64,000 bases of DNA from Bacillota bacterium (GCA_023391185.1 JAEWBI010000037.1:8733-72732), one strand, 5' to 3'. Shown: positions 9,951 through 19,204, counted from the first letter of the stretch. Translations and numbers: made by a program. The notes: generated by a model from the letters alone, not told the origin.

Positions 9951-11777
9951 ATGCATAAAGAAATAAAAAATATAAATAAAAAGAATAAATTTAATATAAT
10001 TACAAATGCTTTCTTACTTTTTTCTTCTTTATTATTAGTCATATTAAGTATATATGTTAATCTTTTTCCTATAAAATATTTGTTGATATTAACGATTTTT
10101 ATAATAGTAATAGATACATTTTTAATAATGAAGATTGTATCTAATAAGACAAGAATAAAAATTAAAAAATTATTTCAAATTATAGCAATCATTTTTAGTG
10201 CTATTCTTCTTACTATTAGTTTTTTTATTACTAAAACAAGATTGCTTTTAAACGGTAGCAATGTTGATTATAAAACACATAATTTTTCAGTTATAGTTTT
10301 AAGTAGTAGTAAGTATTCAGAACTAAATGATTTAGAAAATATGAGTATGGGTTACTATAATAATACCTCAAAAGGCTTAAATGATTCATTAAAAAAAATT
10401 GAAGATAAAATAGATGTAAGCATGGTACCTTATTCTAATTTAGAGGAACTAGGATATGCATTATTATCTGGAGAAGTTGAATCAATAATTGTAGATGATT
10501 CATACAAAAGTATTTTGGAAAATAAAGAAGATAATAGTGAAAGATTAAGTGAATTTAAATCTTTAACAAAAACTATTTATCAATTCAGTATAAAACTATC
10601 GCAGAACGATATTAGTAAAGATGTAGATGTAACAAATAAAACATTTGCTGTTTATATTAGTGGTATAGATACATATGGAGATATATCTTCTGTTTCATGT
10701 AGTGATGTTAATATGATGTTAATAGTTAATCCAACTACACATCAAATTCTTATGGTTTCTATTCCTAGAGACTACTATGTGCAACTAAATGGAACTACAG
10801 GATATAAAGATAAATTAACTCATGCCGGAAGTTATGGTATAGAAATGTCTATTAAAACAATTGAAGATCTTCTTGATTTAGATATAAATTATTATCTTAA
10901 AGTTAATTTTACAAGTTTAATAGATGTTGTTGATGCATTAGCAAAAGTAGATGTGTATTCAGATTATTCATTTACTTCAATTGAAGGCTATAGTTATACA
11001 AAGGGATATAATAGTGTGAATGGTGTTGAAGCATTATGGTTTGCAAGAGAAAGAAAAGCATTTATAGATGGTGATAGGCAAAGAGGAAAAAATCAACAAG
11101 CACTTATCGATGCTATTTTTAGAAAAGCAACTAGTAAATCGGTTATAACAAAATACAATAATTTATTAAATAGTCTAAATGGAAGTTTTTTAACTAATAT
11201 GAGTCCTAACAGAATAACTTCTTTGATAAAGAAGCAGTTATCAGAAGGTGCTAAATGGACAATCACATCTACGAGTTTAAATGGATATGACAGCTCCAAT
11301 TATACATATACATATAGTAATCAATTGCTTTATGTTATGGAACCTGATATGGATAGTGTGGAAGCTGCAAAAGATATGATTAATAAAGTATATAATAATG
11401 AAGTTTTAACAGCTTCATATGAGCAAAACAGTAGTGATGTTCACACAGTTAAAAAATATGATCCTATATATTATGATGAAGGTGAAACATCTAATGAAGA
11501 ACTACCAGAAGAAGTCAAAAAAATATATACAGTTAACTTTGATAGTTCAGGTGGTTCAAGTATAATCAGTCAAAGTATTAAAGAAGGAAGTATTATTACA
11601 AAACCAAATGATCCTATTAAAGAAGGTTATATATTTCTAGGTTGGTATGATGAAGAGGGAAACTTATTTGATTTTACCAGTACTATATCAAAAGATACTT
11701 CTTTAATAGCACAGTGGGAAACAAATGATACAGAGCAAGAAGAAAAAAAAGATTCTGAAAATTCTTCAAATACATAA
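9951..11777 (+). CDS. LytR-CpsA-Psr (LCP) family cell-envelope transferase with C-terminal Listeria-Bacteroides (Flg_new) repeat
   Basis: N-terminal TM segments. LCP core (NMMLIVNPTTHQILMVSIPRDYYV...DKLTHAGSYG...RERKAFIDGDRQRGKNQQ). C-terminus YTVNFDSSGG...EGYIFLGWYDEEGNLFDF matches the InlB-B/Flg_new repeat. Confidence 0.8.
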   Translation: MHKEIKNINKKNKFNIITNAFLLFSSLLLVILSIYVNLFPIKYLLILTIFIIVIDTFLIMKIVSNKTRIKIKKLFQIIAIIFSAILLTISFFITKTRLLLNGSNVDYKTHNFSVIVLSSSKYSELNDLENMSMGYYNNTSKGLNDSLKKIEDKIDVSMVPYSNLEELGYALLSGEVESIIVDDSYKSILENKEDNSERLSEFKSLTKTIYQFSIKLSQNDISKDVDVTNKTFAVYISGIDTYGDISSVSCSDVNMMLIVNPTTHQILMVSIPRDYYVQLNGTTGYKDKLTHAGSYGIEMSIKTIEDLLDLDINYYLKVNFTSLIDVVDALAKVDVYSDYSFTSIEGYSYTKGYNSVNGVEALWFARERKAFIDGDRQRGKNQQALIDAIFRKATSKSVITKYNNLLNSLNGSFLTNMSPNRITSLIKKQLSEGAKWTITSTSLNGYDSSNYTYTYSNQLLYVMEPDMDSVEAAKDMINKVYNNEVLTASYEQNSSDVHTVKKYDPIYYDEGETSNEELPEEVKKIYTVNFDSSGGSSIISQSIKEGSIITKPNDPIKEGYIFLGWYDEEGNLFDFTSTISKDTSLIAQWETNDTEQEEKKDSENSSNT

Positions 11778-11782
11778 TAAAA

Positions 11783-11805
11783 AATAGAGTACATTGTACT
11801 CTATT
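11783..11805. terminator. bidirectional hairpin terminator between the convergent LCP gene and the helicase gene
   Basis: AATAGAGTA-cattg-TACTCTATT, flanked by an A-run on the left and a T-run on the right. Confidence 0.7.
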
Positions 11806-13405
11806 TTTGATTTTTAGCAACTTCAGCTCTAATTGTTCTATCATTTAATACTTTATTATGAATTTTTTTCATAAATGTATTAACTTCTTTAGTAGAAACA
11901 TCTAAGAAAGTAAATTTTGTTAAAATTTCTATATTATTGAAACAGTCTTTATCAATACCTGTTTCTTTTTTCATGAAATCAAGTAAAGTACCTTTTTTTA
12001 GATTATCTAATTTTCCAATAGTTAAGAAAACTCTTGTAGAGTTAGGATTAGTATTTCTACTTCTACTTCTACCATTATTTCTGTCATCTTTTAAGGTTAA
12101 GTCTTTGTTAAAATCAGAACCGATTTTTTCATTAACACTAACTTTTAAAAGTGCTGCAGCAACTTTCATAAGATCTTCTCTATTAAAATCTCTTATATAT
12201 TCTAAAGCTTCTTCATATTCTTTATTTTTTATAACTTCATGAGCATTAGATAAAGTTTTAACATATTTATTTTTAATGATATCTTCTTTATTTGGAAGTT
12301 CACATTTCTCAATAGTTGATTTTGTGAATTTTGCTAAGCCATTAAAGAATCCCATTTCTCTACCACTTACAAAACTTATTGCTTCTCCAGCAGCATCAGC
12401 TCTACCAGTACGGCCAATTCTATGAACGTATGATTCAAAATCTTGTGGTAAGTTGTAATTAATTACTAAGTCGATATTATCTACATGTATACCACGTGCA
12501 GCAACATCAGTTGCAATTAATATATTAAACGCATCATTTTTGAATCTATCAAGTGTTTGAATTCGCATACTTTGCATAATATCACCGTGCATTACTTCTG
12601 CACTGTAATTTCTAACTGACAACTCTTTTAGTAAATTATCACATTGCATTTTTGTTTGACAAAAAATTATAATCCTCTTAGTATCTTTTAAGTCAATAAC
12701 TCTGCAAATTGCTTCATTACGTATTTTTTCATTAACAACATAATAATACTGTTTAACATTAGCAGCTGTTTTTGTCTTAGCTTCTATTTCAATATGTTGA
12801 TAATCTGGTTTCATATATTTCTTTGCTATGCGCTCAATTTCTTTTGGCATAGTAGCTGATAATAATAAAACTTGTTTATCTTTATTTGTTTGTTTAAATA
12901 TTTCTTCAATATCCTCTAAAAAGCCCATATTAAGCATTTCATCAGCTTCATCAAGTACAAAGAATTCTAGTGCTTCTATATTTAAAGCTTTTCTTCTCAT
13001 TAAATCCATTACTCTACCTGGAGTACCAACAACAATATCTACACCTCTTTTTAAGGCTCTTAGTTGTAATTCAATGCTGCTTCCACCAAATACTGGAAGG
13101 ATATTAAATTTACTTGATTTATTAAGTGTTTCAAATTCTTCACTTACTTGAAGTGCAAGTTCTCTAGTTGGAGTAAGAACAATTGCTCTAATTAAATTTG
13201 TTTTAACATCTATTTTTGATAATACACTAGCTGCATAGGCTAAAGTCTTACCTGTTCCTGTTTGAGCTTGACCAATTACATCATATCCGTCCATTATGAC
13301 TGGTATAAGCTCTTCTTGAATTTTACTAGGTTTTGTAAATCCTAAAGTATCAATAGACTTTAGAACACTACTAGATAAACCTAAATCTTTGAAATTATTA
13401 TTCAT
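11801..13405 (-). CDS. DEAD-box ATP-dependent RNA helicase with DbpA-type C-terminal RNA-binding domain
   Basis: Q-motif and AQTGTGKT, PTRELA, DEAD (VLDEADEML), SAT, HRIGRTGRA motifs. C-terminal RVFLTIGKLDNLKKGTLLDF...RAEVAK resembles the DbpA RBD. Confidence 0.9.
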   Translation of the reverse strand: MNNNFKDLGLSSSVLKSIDTLGFTKPSKIQEELIPVIMDGYDVIGQAQTGTGKTLAYAASVLSKIDVKTNLIRAIVLTPTRELALQVSEEFETLNKSSKFNILPVFGGSSIELQLRALKRGVDIVVGTPGRVMDLMRRKALNIEALEFFVLDEADEMLNMGFLEDIEEIFKQTNKDKQVLLLSATMPKEIERIAKKYMKPDYQHIEIEAKTKTAANVKQYYYVVNEKIRNEAICRVIDLKDTKRIIIFCQTKMQCDNLLKELSVRNYSAEVMHGDIMQSMRIQTLDRFKNDAFNILIATDVAARGIHVDNIDLVINYNLPQDFESYVHRIGRTGRADAAGEAISFVSGREMGFFNGLAKFTKSTIEKCELPNKEDIIKNKYVKTLSNAHEVIKNKEYEEALEYIRDFNREDLMKVAAALLKVSVNEKIGSDFNKDLTLKDDRNNGRSRSRNTNPNSTRVFLTIGKLDNLKKGTLLDFMKKETGIDKDCFNNIEILTKFTFLDVSTKEVNTFMKKIHNKVLNDRTIRAEVAKNQK

Positions 13406-13601
13406 ATTTTTCCTCTTTTTTCTAAATCCGCTAGTTGATTATACTATAAAATCTAAATATAAGCAACTTCTTTTTATATTATTGTCAAATTATCTGCGTA
13501 TTATTTACATAACATAAAAAATCAAACAAAAAAATTTAAATATTAATGTATCTATTTTTATAGTATATATTTTTGATATAATATAAATAGGTGAAAATGA
13601 T

Positions 13602-14879
13602 ATGAAAAGAAATGATATTCAAAAAAACATATACTATATATTAATAATGATTATGATCCTTATTCCAGTAGTTAAGTTTATATCTTATGTACTAAACTTA
13701 TCTGGGATAATAGAAGACTCTTTTAGTTTTAATCAAGTATATGTATTATGGATATTTATACCTATATTAATTATTAATTATGCTTACGGAATAATAACTA
13801 AAAAAATTAAAATTAATTATCTTGATATTATCATTTATTCATTATCTATACTTGCTATTATATCAACAATATTTGCACTTGATATTAGTAAATCAATTCT
13901 TGGTGAAGTAAGACGAAATGAAGGCCTTTTAACTATTATTTGTTATTATTTGTTATTTTTGAACAGTAAATATCTTGAAAATGAAACATGGCAAAAAAAT
14001 ATTATTCAAGTGTTTATGATTATTGGAATATTTCAAGTTGGATATTCAGTACTACAAGTATATACAAATTTCAGCTTTATAAAGCACTTTAGAATTCCTT
14101 ATATGGGAATGGGTTTATGTGCAAATCCTAATTTCTTCGGTAGTTATATGGTTATGTTGTCGCTATTATCAACTTCTTTATATATATTTAGTAGAAAAAA
14201 AAGATTTTTAATTTTATCAGTTATATATTTTATAGGTTTATGTATAGCAAACTCCACAGCTCCATTATTAGCTTTTATACTAACTTTTGTATTTATTAAT
14301 TTTCTATATTTTAAAAAGAAAATATTAAAATATAGTTTAACAATTTTAGTATTATTTACAATTACTTTTTTTACATTAGATGCATCAAATAAATATACTC
14401 AGACTGAAGTATTAAATAATCCAGTACAATCAAAATATATTGTTAGTGAAGAAATAAGTGAAGTTATTACAAAACAGAGTAAAATAGGTTCAGATAGATT
14501 TGTAATTTGGTCTAACTCTTTACCTATATTAAAAAAGTACTGGTTAACTGGCACTGGATTAGACAACTTTTATAATGCATATATTGTAATAAGTAATTCA
14601 AAAGTTGATAAAGCTCATAATGTGTATCTACAAATTGCTGTAACAAATGGAATTCCAGCGCTTATTTTATATCTAATTATAAATGCAATTATATTTATAA
14701 AAGGGTTTAAATTTAATAAAACTTTAGAAATTAGTTTATATGCATGTTTTATAGGTTACTGTATACAAGCATTTGTGAATATTAGTGTAATTGATGTAGC
14801 GCCATATTTTTATATTATACTAGGTCTACTATACTCTTTCATAAATAATAGTTTAGAAATAAATAAAAACATTGATTAG
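13602..14879 (+). CDS. O-antigen ligase / Wzy_C-family polytopic membrane protein
   Basis: 425 aa, about 10 TM segments, with an extracytoplasmic loop followed by GTGLDNF...KAHNVYLQIAVTNGIPAL, typical of the O-antigen ligase family. Confidence 0.7.
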   Translation: MKRNDIQKNIYYILIMIMILIPVVKFISYVLNLSGIIEDSFSFNQVYVLWIFIPILIINYAYGIITKKIKINYLDIIIYSLSILAIISTIFALDISKSILGEVRRNEGLLTIICYYLLFLNSKYLENETWQKNIIQVFMIIGIFQVGYSVLQVYTNFSFIKHFRIPYMGMGLCANPNFFGSYMVMLSLLSTSLYIFSRKKRFLILSVIYFIGLCIANSTAPLLAFILTFVFINFLYFKKKILKYSLTILVLFTITFFTLDASNKYTQTEVLNNPVQSKYIVSEEISEVITKQSKIGSDRFVIWSNSLPILKKYWLTGTGLDNFYNAYIVISNSKVDKAHNVYLQIAVTNGIPALILYLIINAIIFIKGFKFNKTLEISLYACFIGYCIQAFVNISVIDVAPYFYIILGLLYSFINNSLEINKNID

Positions 14880-14950
14880 ATAAATAATAAAAAAAGTGTC
14901 CATTATAATTGATTCAATTATCCTTTTTTAAATATTTATAACTTATTTTT

Positions 14951-14977
14951 CATATTATTATTGGTAATACATATATT
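14951..14977 (+). promoter_or_regulatory. possible sigma-E-type sporulation promoter for spoIVA
   Basis: CATATT-13 nt-CATATATT resembles the B. subtilis sigma-E consensus (ATATT...CATACA-T), and spoIVA is sigma-E dependent in Bacillus. Spacing is slightly short and the region is AT-rich, so a chance match is possible. Confidence 0.25.
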
Positions 14978-15001
14978 TAAATGAAAGAAAGTAGGGATTA
15001 A

Positions 15002-16477
15002 ATGGATAAAAGTGATATTTTAAGAAGTATAACACAGAGAACTAATGGAGATATATATTTGGGAGTCGTTGGTGCTGTAAGAACTGGTAAGAGCACTTTC
15101 ATAAAAAAAGTTATTGAAAATCTTGTTGTTCCTAATATTCAAGATGAGTATGAAAGAAAAAGATGTTTAGATGAGATACCGCAAAGTGCTCAAGGTAAAA
15201 CTATAATGACTACTGAGCCTAAGTTTGTTCCCAGTAATTCAGCTACTATTAATATAGACAATTTTACTGCCAATATACGATTAGTTGATTGTGTAGGTTA
15301 TGTTATTCCAAGTGCTAAAGGATATGAAGATGAAAGTGGTCCTAGGATGGTAAAAACACCTTGGTATGATGAACAAATTCCTTTTATAGAGGCTGCTGAA
15401 GTAGGAACTGAAAAGGTAATAAAGGATCATTCAACTATAGGTATTGTTGTAACTACAGATGGTTCAATTGGGGAAATAAATAGAGAAGACTATATTGATG
15501 CTGAAACTAGAGTAATAAATGAATTAAAAGAATATGGAAAGCCTTTTATAGTAATTCTTAATAGTGTTCATCCGATGCTTCCTGATACAGAAAGAATAGC
15601 ACAAAATCTTAAAGCGTCATATGATGTGCCTGTACTTCCTATAAATATAGAAAATATGGGTGAAAGAGATATATATGCTATCTTAAAAGAGGCTTTATAT
15701 GAATTTCCAATTTGTGAAGTAAGAGTTAGTATGCCAGACTGGATAGGATGCTTATCGCCTTCAAATTGGCTAAAGAAAATATATATTGATAAAATCAAAG
15801 AAAGTGTTACAAGTGTAAATAAACTTAAAGATGTTGATACAATAAATGGACACTTTACTGATTGTGAATATATAAGCAAGTCATATCTATCAGAAGTAAA
15901 TTCTTCAACAGGAGAAGTAACTATTAATCTTGAAGCACCTGAAGACTTATATTCTAGGGTATTAAATGAAATAGTACCAATTAATATAAATAGTAAAATG
16001 CAGGTATTAAAATTATTTCAAGATTATAATGAGACAAGATTAGAGTTTGAACAGTTTAAATCAGCTTTAAAAATGGTAAAACAAACTGGATATGGGGTAG
16101 CTTCTCCAACACTTTTAGATATGAAACTAGATAAACCAGAAATAGTTAAACAAGGCAATAGATATGGTATAAAATTAAAAGCAGTAGCACCTGCTATACA
16201 CATGATAAGAGTTGACGTGGAAAGTACTTTTGAACCTATTATAGGATCAGAACTTCAAAGTAAAGAGTTAATTAATTATTTAATGAAAGATTATGATACA
16301 AATCCTAATAATATATGGAAAAGCGAATTGTTTGGCAGAAGTTTAGATTCGATAGTAAAAGAAGGTATACAAGCCAAACTTGCTTTAATGCCGGATAACA
16401 TAAGATTTAAATTACAGCAAACACTAACTAAGTTAGTAAATAGGGGTTCTGGCAATTTGTTTGCTATTGTGCTATAA
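15002..16477 (+). CDS. spoIVA: stage IV sporulation protein A (spore-coat basement-layer ATPase)
   Basis: N-terminal DIYLGVVGAVRTGKSTFIKK Walker A and full-length (491 aa) similarity to SpoIVA by eye. The C-terminal ...GSGNLFAIVL tail is typical. Confidence 0.93.
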   Translation: MDKSDILRSITQRTNGDIYLGVVGAVRTGKSTFIKKVIENLVVPNIQDEYERKRCLDEIPQSAQGKTIMTTEPKFVPSNSATINIDNFTANIRLVDCVGYVIPSAKGYEDESGPRMVKTPWYDEQIPFIEAAEVGTEKVIKDHSTIGIVVTTDGSIGEINREDYIDAETRVINELKEYGKPFIVILNSVHPMLPDTERIAQNLKASYDVPVLPINIENMGERDIYAILKEALYEFPICEVRVSMPDWIGCLSPSNWLKKIYIDKIKESVTSVNKLKDVDTINGHFTDCEYISKSYLSEVNSSTGEVTINLEAPEDLYSRVLNEIVPININSKMQVLKLFQDYNETRLEFEQFKSALKMVKQTGYGVASPTLLDMKLDKPEIVKQGNRYGIKLKAVAPAIHMIRVDVESTFEPIIGSELQSKELINYLMKDYDTNPNNIWKSELFGRSLDSIVKEGIQAKLALMPDNIRFKLQQTLTKLVNRGSGNLFAIVL

Positions 16478-16478
16478 G

Positions 16479-16506
16479 GTATAAAATATAAAATTTTATA
16501 CTTTTT
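16479..16506 (+). terminator. weak AT-rich intrinsic terminator after spoIVA
   Basis: GTATAAAAT-ataaa-ATTTTATAC followed by TTTTT. Only one G:C pair in the stem. Confidence 0.4.
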
Positions 16507-16558
16507 ATTTTTTTGTAAAAGGGAATATGTTATAATGTATTAGTAAGGGATGATAGTT

Positions 16559-17041
16559 ATGAAAAGTAATAAAATAAAAAAAGTTTTGTCTTATTCGCTT
16601 ATAGTTTTTACTATGATGTTTGTTAATTTAAACAGTGTTTTAGCTGATAATAATATAGCTACTACATATGTAAAGTGTGGGGATAGCACATTCCCAGAAC
16701 CTGTTGCTGCAATTGTACGTACTGTAATCTTATTGTTACAAATTGTTATACCAATAGGAATTATTGTTATGGGAAGTTTAGATTTCTTAAAAGCTACAAT
16801 AGCTGGAGATTCTGATAAAATGAAAAAAAATCAAAAACAATTTGTTACTAGATTAATTGCTGGGGCAATCACATTTTTTGTATTTGTTATAGTTAAATTT
16901 ATGGTTTCAATGTTTGCTGATCAAAGTGATTCAGAGAGCTTTACAAATTGCTTAGATTGCTTAATAAATAATGAGGGAAGCTGTAATACAGTTACTAATT
17001 CACCGTTTGATCCAGATCCTGAAATCGACACAAATAACTAA
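16559..17041 (+). CDS. secreted/membrane protein with signal peptide plus two TM helices (TrbC/VirB2-pilin-like topology) and Cys-rich tail
   Basis: Signal-like N-terminus ending VLADNN, two hydrophobic helices separated by the charged loop KATIAGDSDKMKKNQKQ, and a C-terminal CLDCLINNEGSC. Start could be 16550 or 16559. Confidence 0.55.
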   Translation: MKSNKIKKVLSYSLIVFTMMFVNLNSVLADNNIATTYVKCGDSTFPEPVAAIVRTVILLLQIVIPIGIIVMGSLDFLKATIAGDSDKMKKNQKQFVTRLIAGAITFFVFVIVKFMVSMFADQSDSESFTNCLDCLINNEGSCNTVTNSPFDPDPEIDTNN

Positions 17042-17159
17042 AAATGTAAACCTTTTGTTTTTGTCATATTGTTTACAAAAAGTTATAAGTACAATTGACA
17101 ATATTTAAAAATAAAGTATAATATTAAATAGAATAAATAGATAGGAAGGGTGTTTATAA

Positions 17160-18539
17160 ATGAATTGTAATAAATGTGGCACTCCAATTCTACCAGGTGA
17201 AAATTCTTGCCGTTTTTGTGGTACTGTTGGTGATTACTCTAAAAGAAGTCATGATGAAATAAAACCAGAAATAATAGATTTTACTACAGGTGATGATGAT
17301 GTAGTAATTATAGATGATGAACCAGAAAAGATAGAAATCATACCAGGTATTAAACCTGTTAGTACTCCAGTTGCTCCGGTAACACCAGTAGTAATAAGAA
17401 CTGAGCCAGTTGTTACTCCAATTAATGTTGTAACTCCTGAAATAAAAGAGGTTCCAATAACTAATATCAATATTGAACCTTCTGCTGTTGTACAAACTGC
17501 TGTTCCTGTTGTTCCAATTGTTGAAGCACCAGTTCAAATTCCAGTTGTTACACCTATCATTAGTGAACCAATTGAACCAACTGTAAAACAATCTCCAGTT
17601 GTTCCAATTATTTCAAAAATAGATAGTGAACCAGTTTCTGTAATTAAAAAAGAGGAGTTTGTAGTTCCAACAGTTACACCAGTAACTGAGATTATGGCTA
17701 TAGTAGAACCATCTACTAATGCAGTAGCACCAGTAGAACAGACTACAGTAGAAACAGCTGTTTCTACATCTACTCCAATAATAGTGACTGAGCCAACTTC
17801 TAAGGATACAAAAGAAGAGATAATAAAAGAAGTTGAAATTCCAGTAACTGATGAAAAAAAAGAAAATAAAGTAAAGAAATCTAGTCAAGGTCTTTTTAAT
17901 ATATTAACTTTCGTATTAATAGTATTATTACTTATTTCAGTAATAGTTAATTGTTTTCTATTAATGGGGGACGGTAAAGATAATAAAGAAATTGATGATA
18001 CTCCAGTTGTAAGTACTACTAATCAAACTGTATATTTTAGTGGTTATAAAGCAGAAGTTCCAAGTAACTGGATTACTGTTACTAATAAAGATGTAAGTTA
18101 TATTACTTTAATGGATAGTACTGAAGATTGGGCTATGACTTTAAATGTAACACCAAATACAAATGCGGGAGAAATTAGTAATAAAACAAGTGTAGATAAT
18201 ATTACAAAAGCATTTGGTACTAATAAGTATTTATTTACTAGTGATTATTCTAAAACAGTAGATGGAAAAGATTTTTACATATTTAAAGGTAAATACTATG
18301 ATTACAGTGTATATATAATAACTTTAGGATTAAATAACACAAATACTATTGTAGCCGATTTGAAATTCAAAGGTGAAGTAGATGATGCAGTTCTTTCTAA
18401 TGTACTTAGTTCTTTAACAACAGTAAGCACGAAAGACTTAACGACTTTTTATAAAAATGATTTTAACTTTGGTGATATATCATCACTAATAACTAGTAAT
18501 GTAAGCGTAGAAGATAGCGCGAATTTAGGAGGAAATTAA
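17160..18539 (+). CDS. zinc-ribbon / Pro-Val-rich linker / TM / extracellular-domain protein
   Basis: N-terminal CNKCGTPILPGENSCRFCG zinc ribbon. About 200 aa of P-V-T-rich low-complexity repeats, one TM (LFNILTFVLIVLLLISVIVNCFLL), then a roughly 190-aa C-terminal domain. Confidence 0.7.
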   Translation: MNCNKCGTPILPGENSCRFCGTVGDYSKRSHDEIKPEIIDFTTGDDDVVIIDDEPEKIEIIPGIKPVSTPVAPVTPVVIRTEPVVTPINVVTPEIKEVPITNINIEPSAVVQTAVPVVPIVEAPVQIPVVTPIISEPIEPTVKQSPVVPIISKIDSEPVSVIKKEEFVVPTVTPVTEIMAIVEPSTNAVAPVEQTTVETAVSTSTPIIVTEPTSKDTKEEIIKEVEIPVTDEKKENKVKKSSQGLFNILTFVLIVLLLISVIVNCFLLMGDGKDNKEIDDTPVVSTTNQTVYFSGYKAEVPSNWITVTNKDVSYITLMDSTEDWAMTLNVTPNTNAGEISNKTSVDNITKAFGTNKYLFTSDYSKTVDGKDFYIFKGKYYDYSVYIITLGLNNTNTIVADLKFKGEVDDAVLSNVLSSLTTVSTKDLTTFYKNDFNFGDISSLITSNVSVEDSANLGGN

Positions 18540-18555
18540 CAGTTTCCTTTTTTTT
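18529..18555 (+). terminator. intrinsic terminator after the zinc-ribbon protein gene
   Basis: AGGAAA-ttaacag-TTTCCT followed by a T8 run. Confidence 0.65.
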
Positions 18556-18573
18556 ATATTTTATTAAAAAGTA

Positions 18574-18602
18574 TTGACTTTTATTATCTTCTCCTTTATA
18601 AT
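18574..18602 (+). promoter_or_regulatory. sigma-A promoter of the T-box/tRNA/gat operon
   Basis: TTGACT (18574-18579), 17-nt spacer, TATAAT (18597-18602), immediately upstream of T-box Stem I. Confidence 0.65.
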
Positions 18603-18609
18603 TATGGAC

Positions 18610-18868
18610 ATAGGCGTTGAAGAAACTAGTAGTAATAATGACTGATTTAAGCGAGTTAGATATGGTGTGAGCTAACAATTAAAATTATTATGAAGAACAA
18701 TTTGGAGCTATCTATTTGAATAATATAGTAGGATAGATCGGTTGTAATCCGTTACCAAGTTACATGAGTGATTGGCATCTATTATTAAAAGGTGCACAAT
18801 AATTTGGGTGGTACCGCGGATACAACAGTAATTCGTCCCTTTGTGGATTTTTGAAGTACTGTTTTTTT
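18610..18868 (+). promoter_or_regulatory. T-box riboswitch leader 1, Asn specifier (AAC)
   Basis: Stem I with AGTA/GA K-turn-like base, AGCGAG bulge and GGTG distal loop. Specifier loop GAAGAACA (AAC at 18696-18698, then A). T-box AATTTGGGTGGTACCGCG at 18801-18818, CGTCCC 3' arm, terminator hairpin CAGTAATTC...GAAGTACTG plus T7. Confidence 0.85.
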
Positions 18869-18878
18869 ATTTAATTTT

Positions 18879-18954
18879 GCCTGATTAGCTCAGTTGGTAG
18901 AGCATCCGGCTGTTAACCGGCAGGTCGTAGGTCCGAGTCCTACATCAGGCGCCA
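18879..18954 (+). tRNA. tRNA-Asn(GUU)-like, 76 nt, CCA encoded, non-canonical G1-C72 / U27-C43 / C55
   Basis: Hand-folded cloverleaf: acceptor GCCTGAT/ATCAGGC, D-arm GCTC-AGTTGGTA-GAGC, anticodon arm TCCGG-CTGTTAA-CCGGC, variable AGGTC, T-arm GTAGG-TCCGAGT-CCTAC, discriminator G, CCA. Confidence 0.85.
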
Positions 18955-18969
18955 TTTATTATTTATAAG

Positions 18970-19204
18970 CTATGAATAAGAGAGTAATAATAATACTAGT
19001 AAAAGCGAGTTAGATATGGTGAAAGCTAACAACCAAGGTTATTATGAAAAACACTTAGGAGCTATTATACTGAAATAAAGTAAGTTTAATCGGTTTAACC
19101 CGTTATCAAGTTAGAGTGACTATAGAAAATTTCTATAGTAATTTGGGTGGTACCGCGGATACAACAGTAATTCGTCCCTATGGGGATAGATTACTGTTTT
19201 TTTT
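18970..19204 (+). promoter_or_regulatory. T-box riboswitch leader 2, Asn specifier (AAC)
   Basis: Same architecture as leader 1. Specifier loop GAAAAACA directly 5' of lower helix CTTA (pairs with TAAG); AAC at 19050-19052. T-box box at 19140-19157; terminator CAGTAAT...ATTACTG plus T8. 40-nt block identical to leader 1. Confidence 0.9.

Noticed and set aside
11937-13151. Plus-strand ORFs 11937-12242 and 12828-13151 inside the DEAD-box helicase gene
   Set aside because: They are antisense to a gene with complete helicase motifs, and the translations are S/L/F-rich low-complexity.
17190-17888. Three overlapping minus-strand ORFs (W/N/Y/F-rich) opposite the Pro-Val-rich gene
   Set aside because: They are artefacts of the repetitive CCA/GTT-rich coding sequence, which keeps other frames open. 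The translations are nonsensical and low-complexity.
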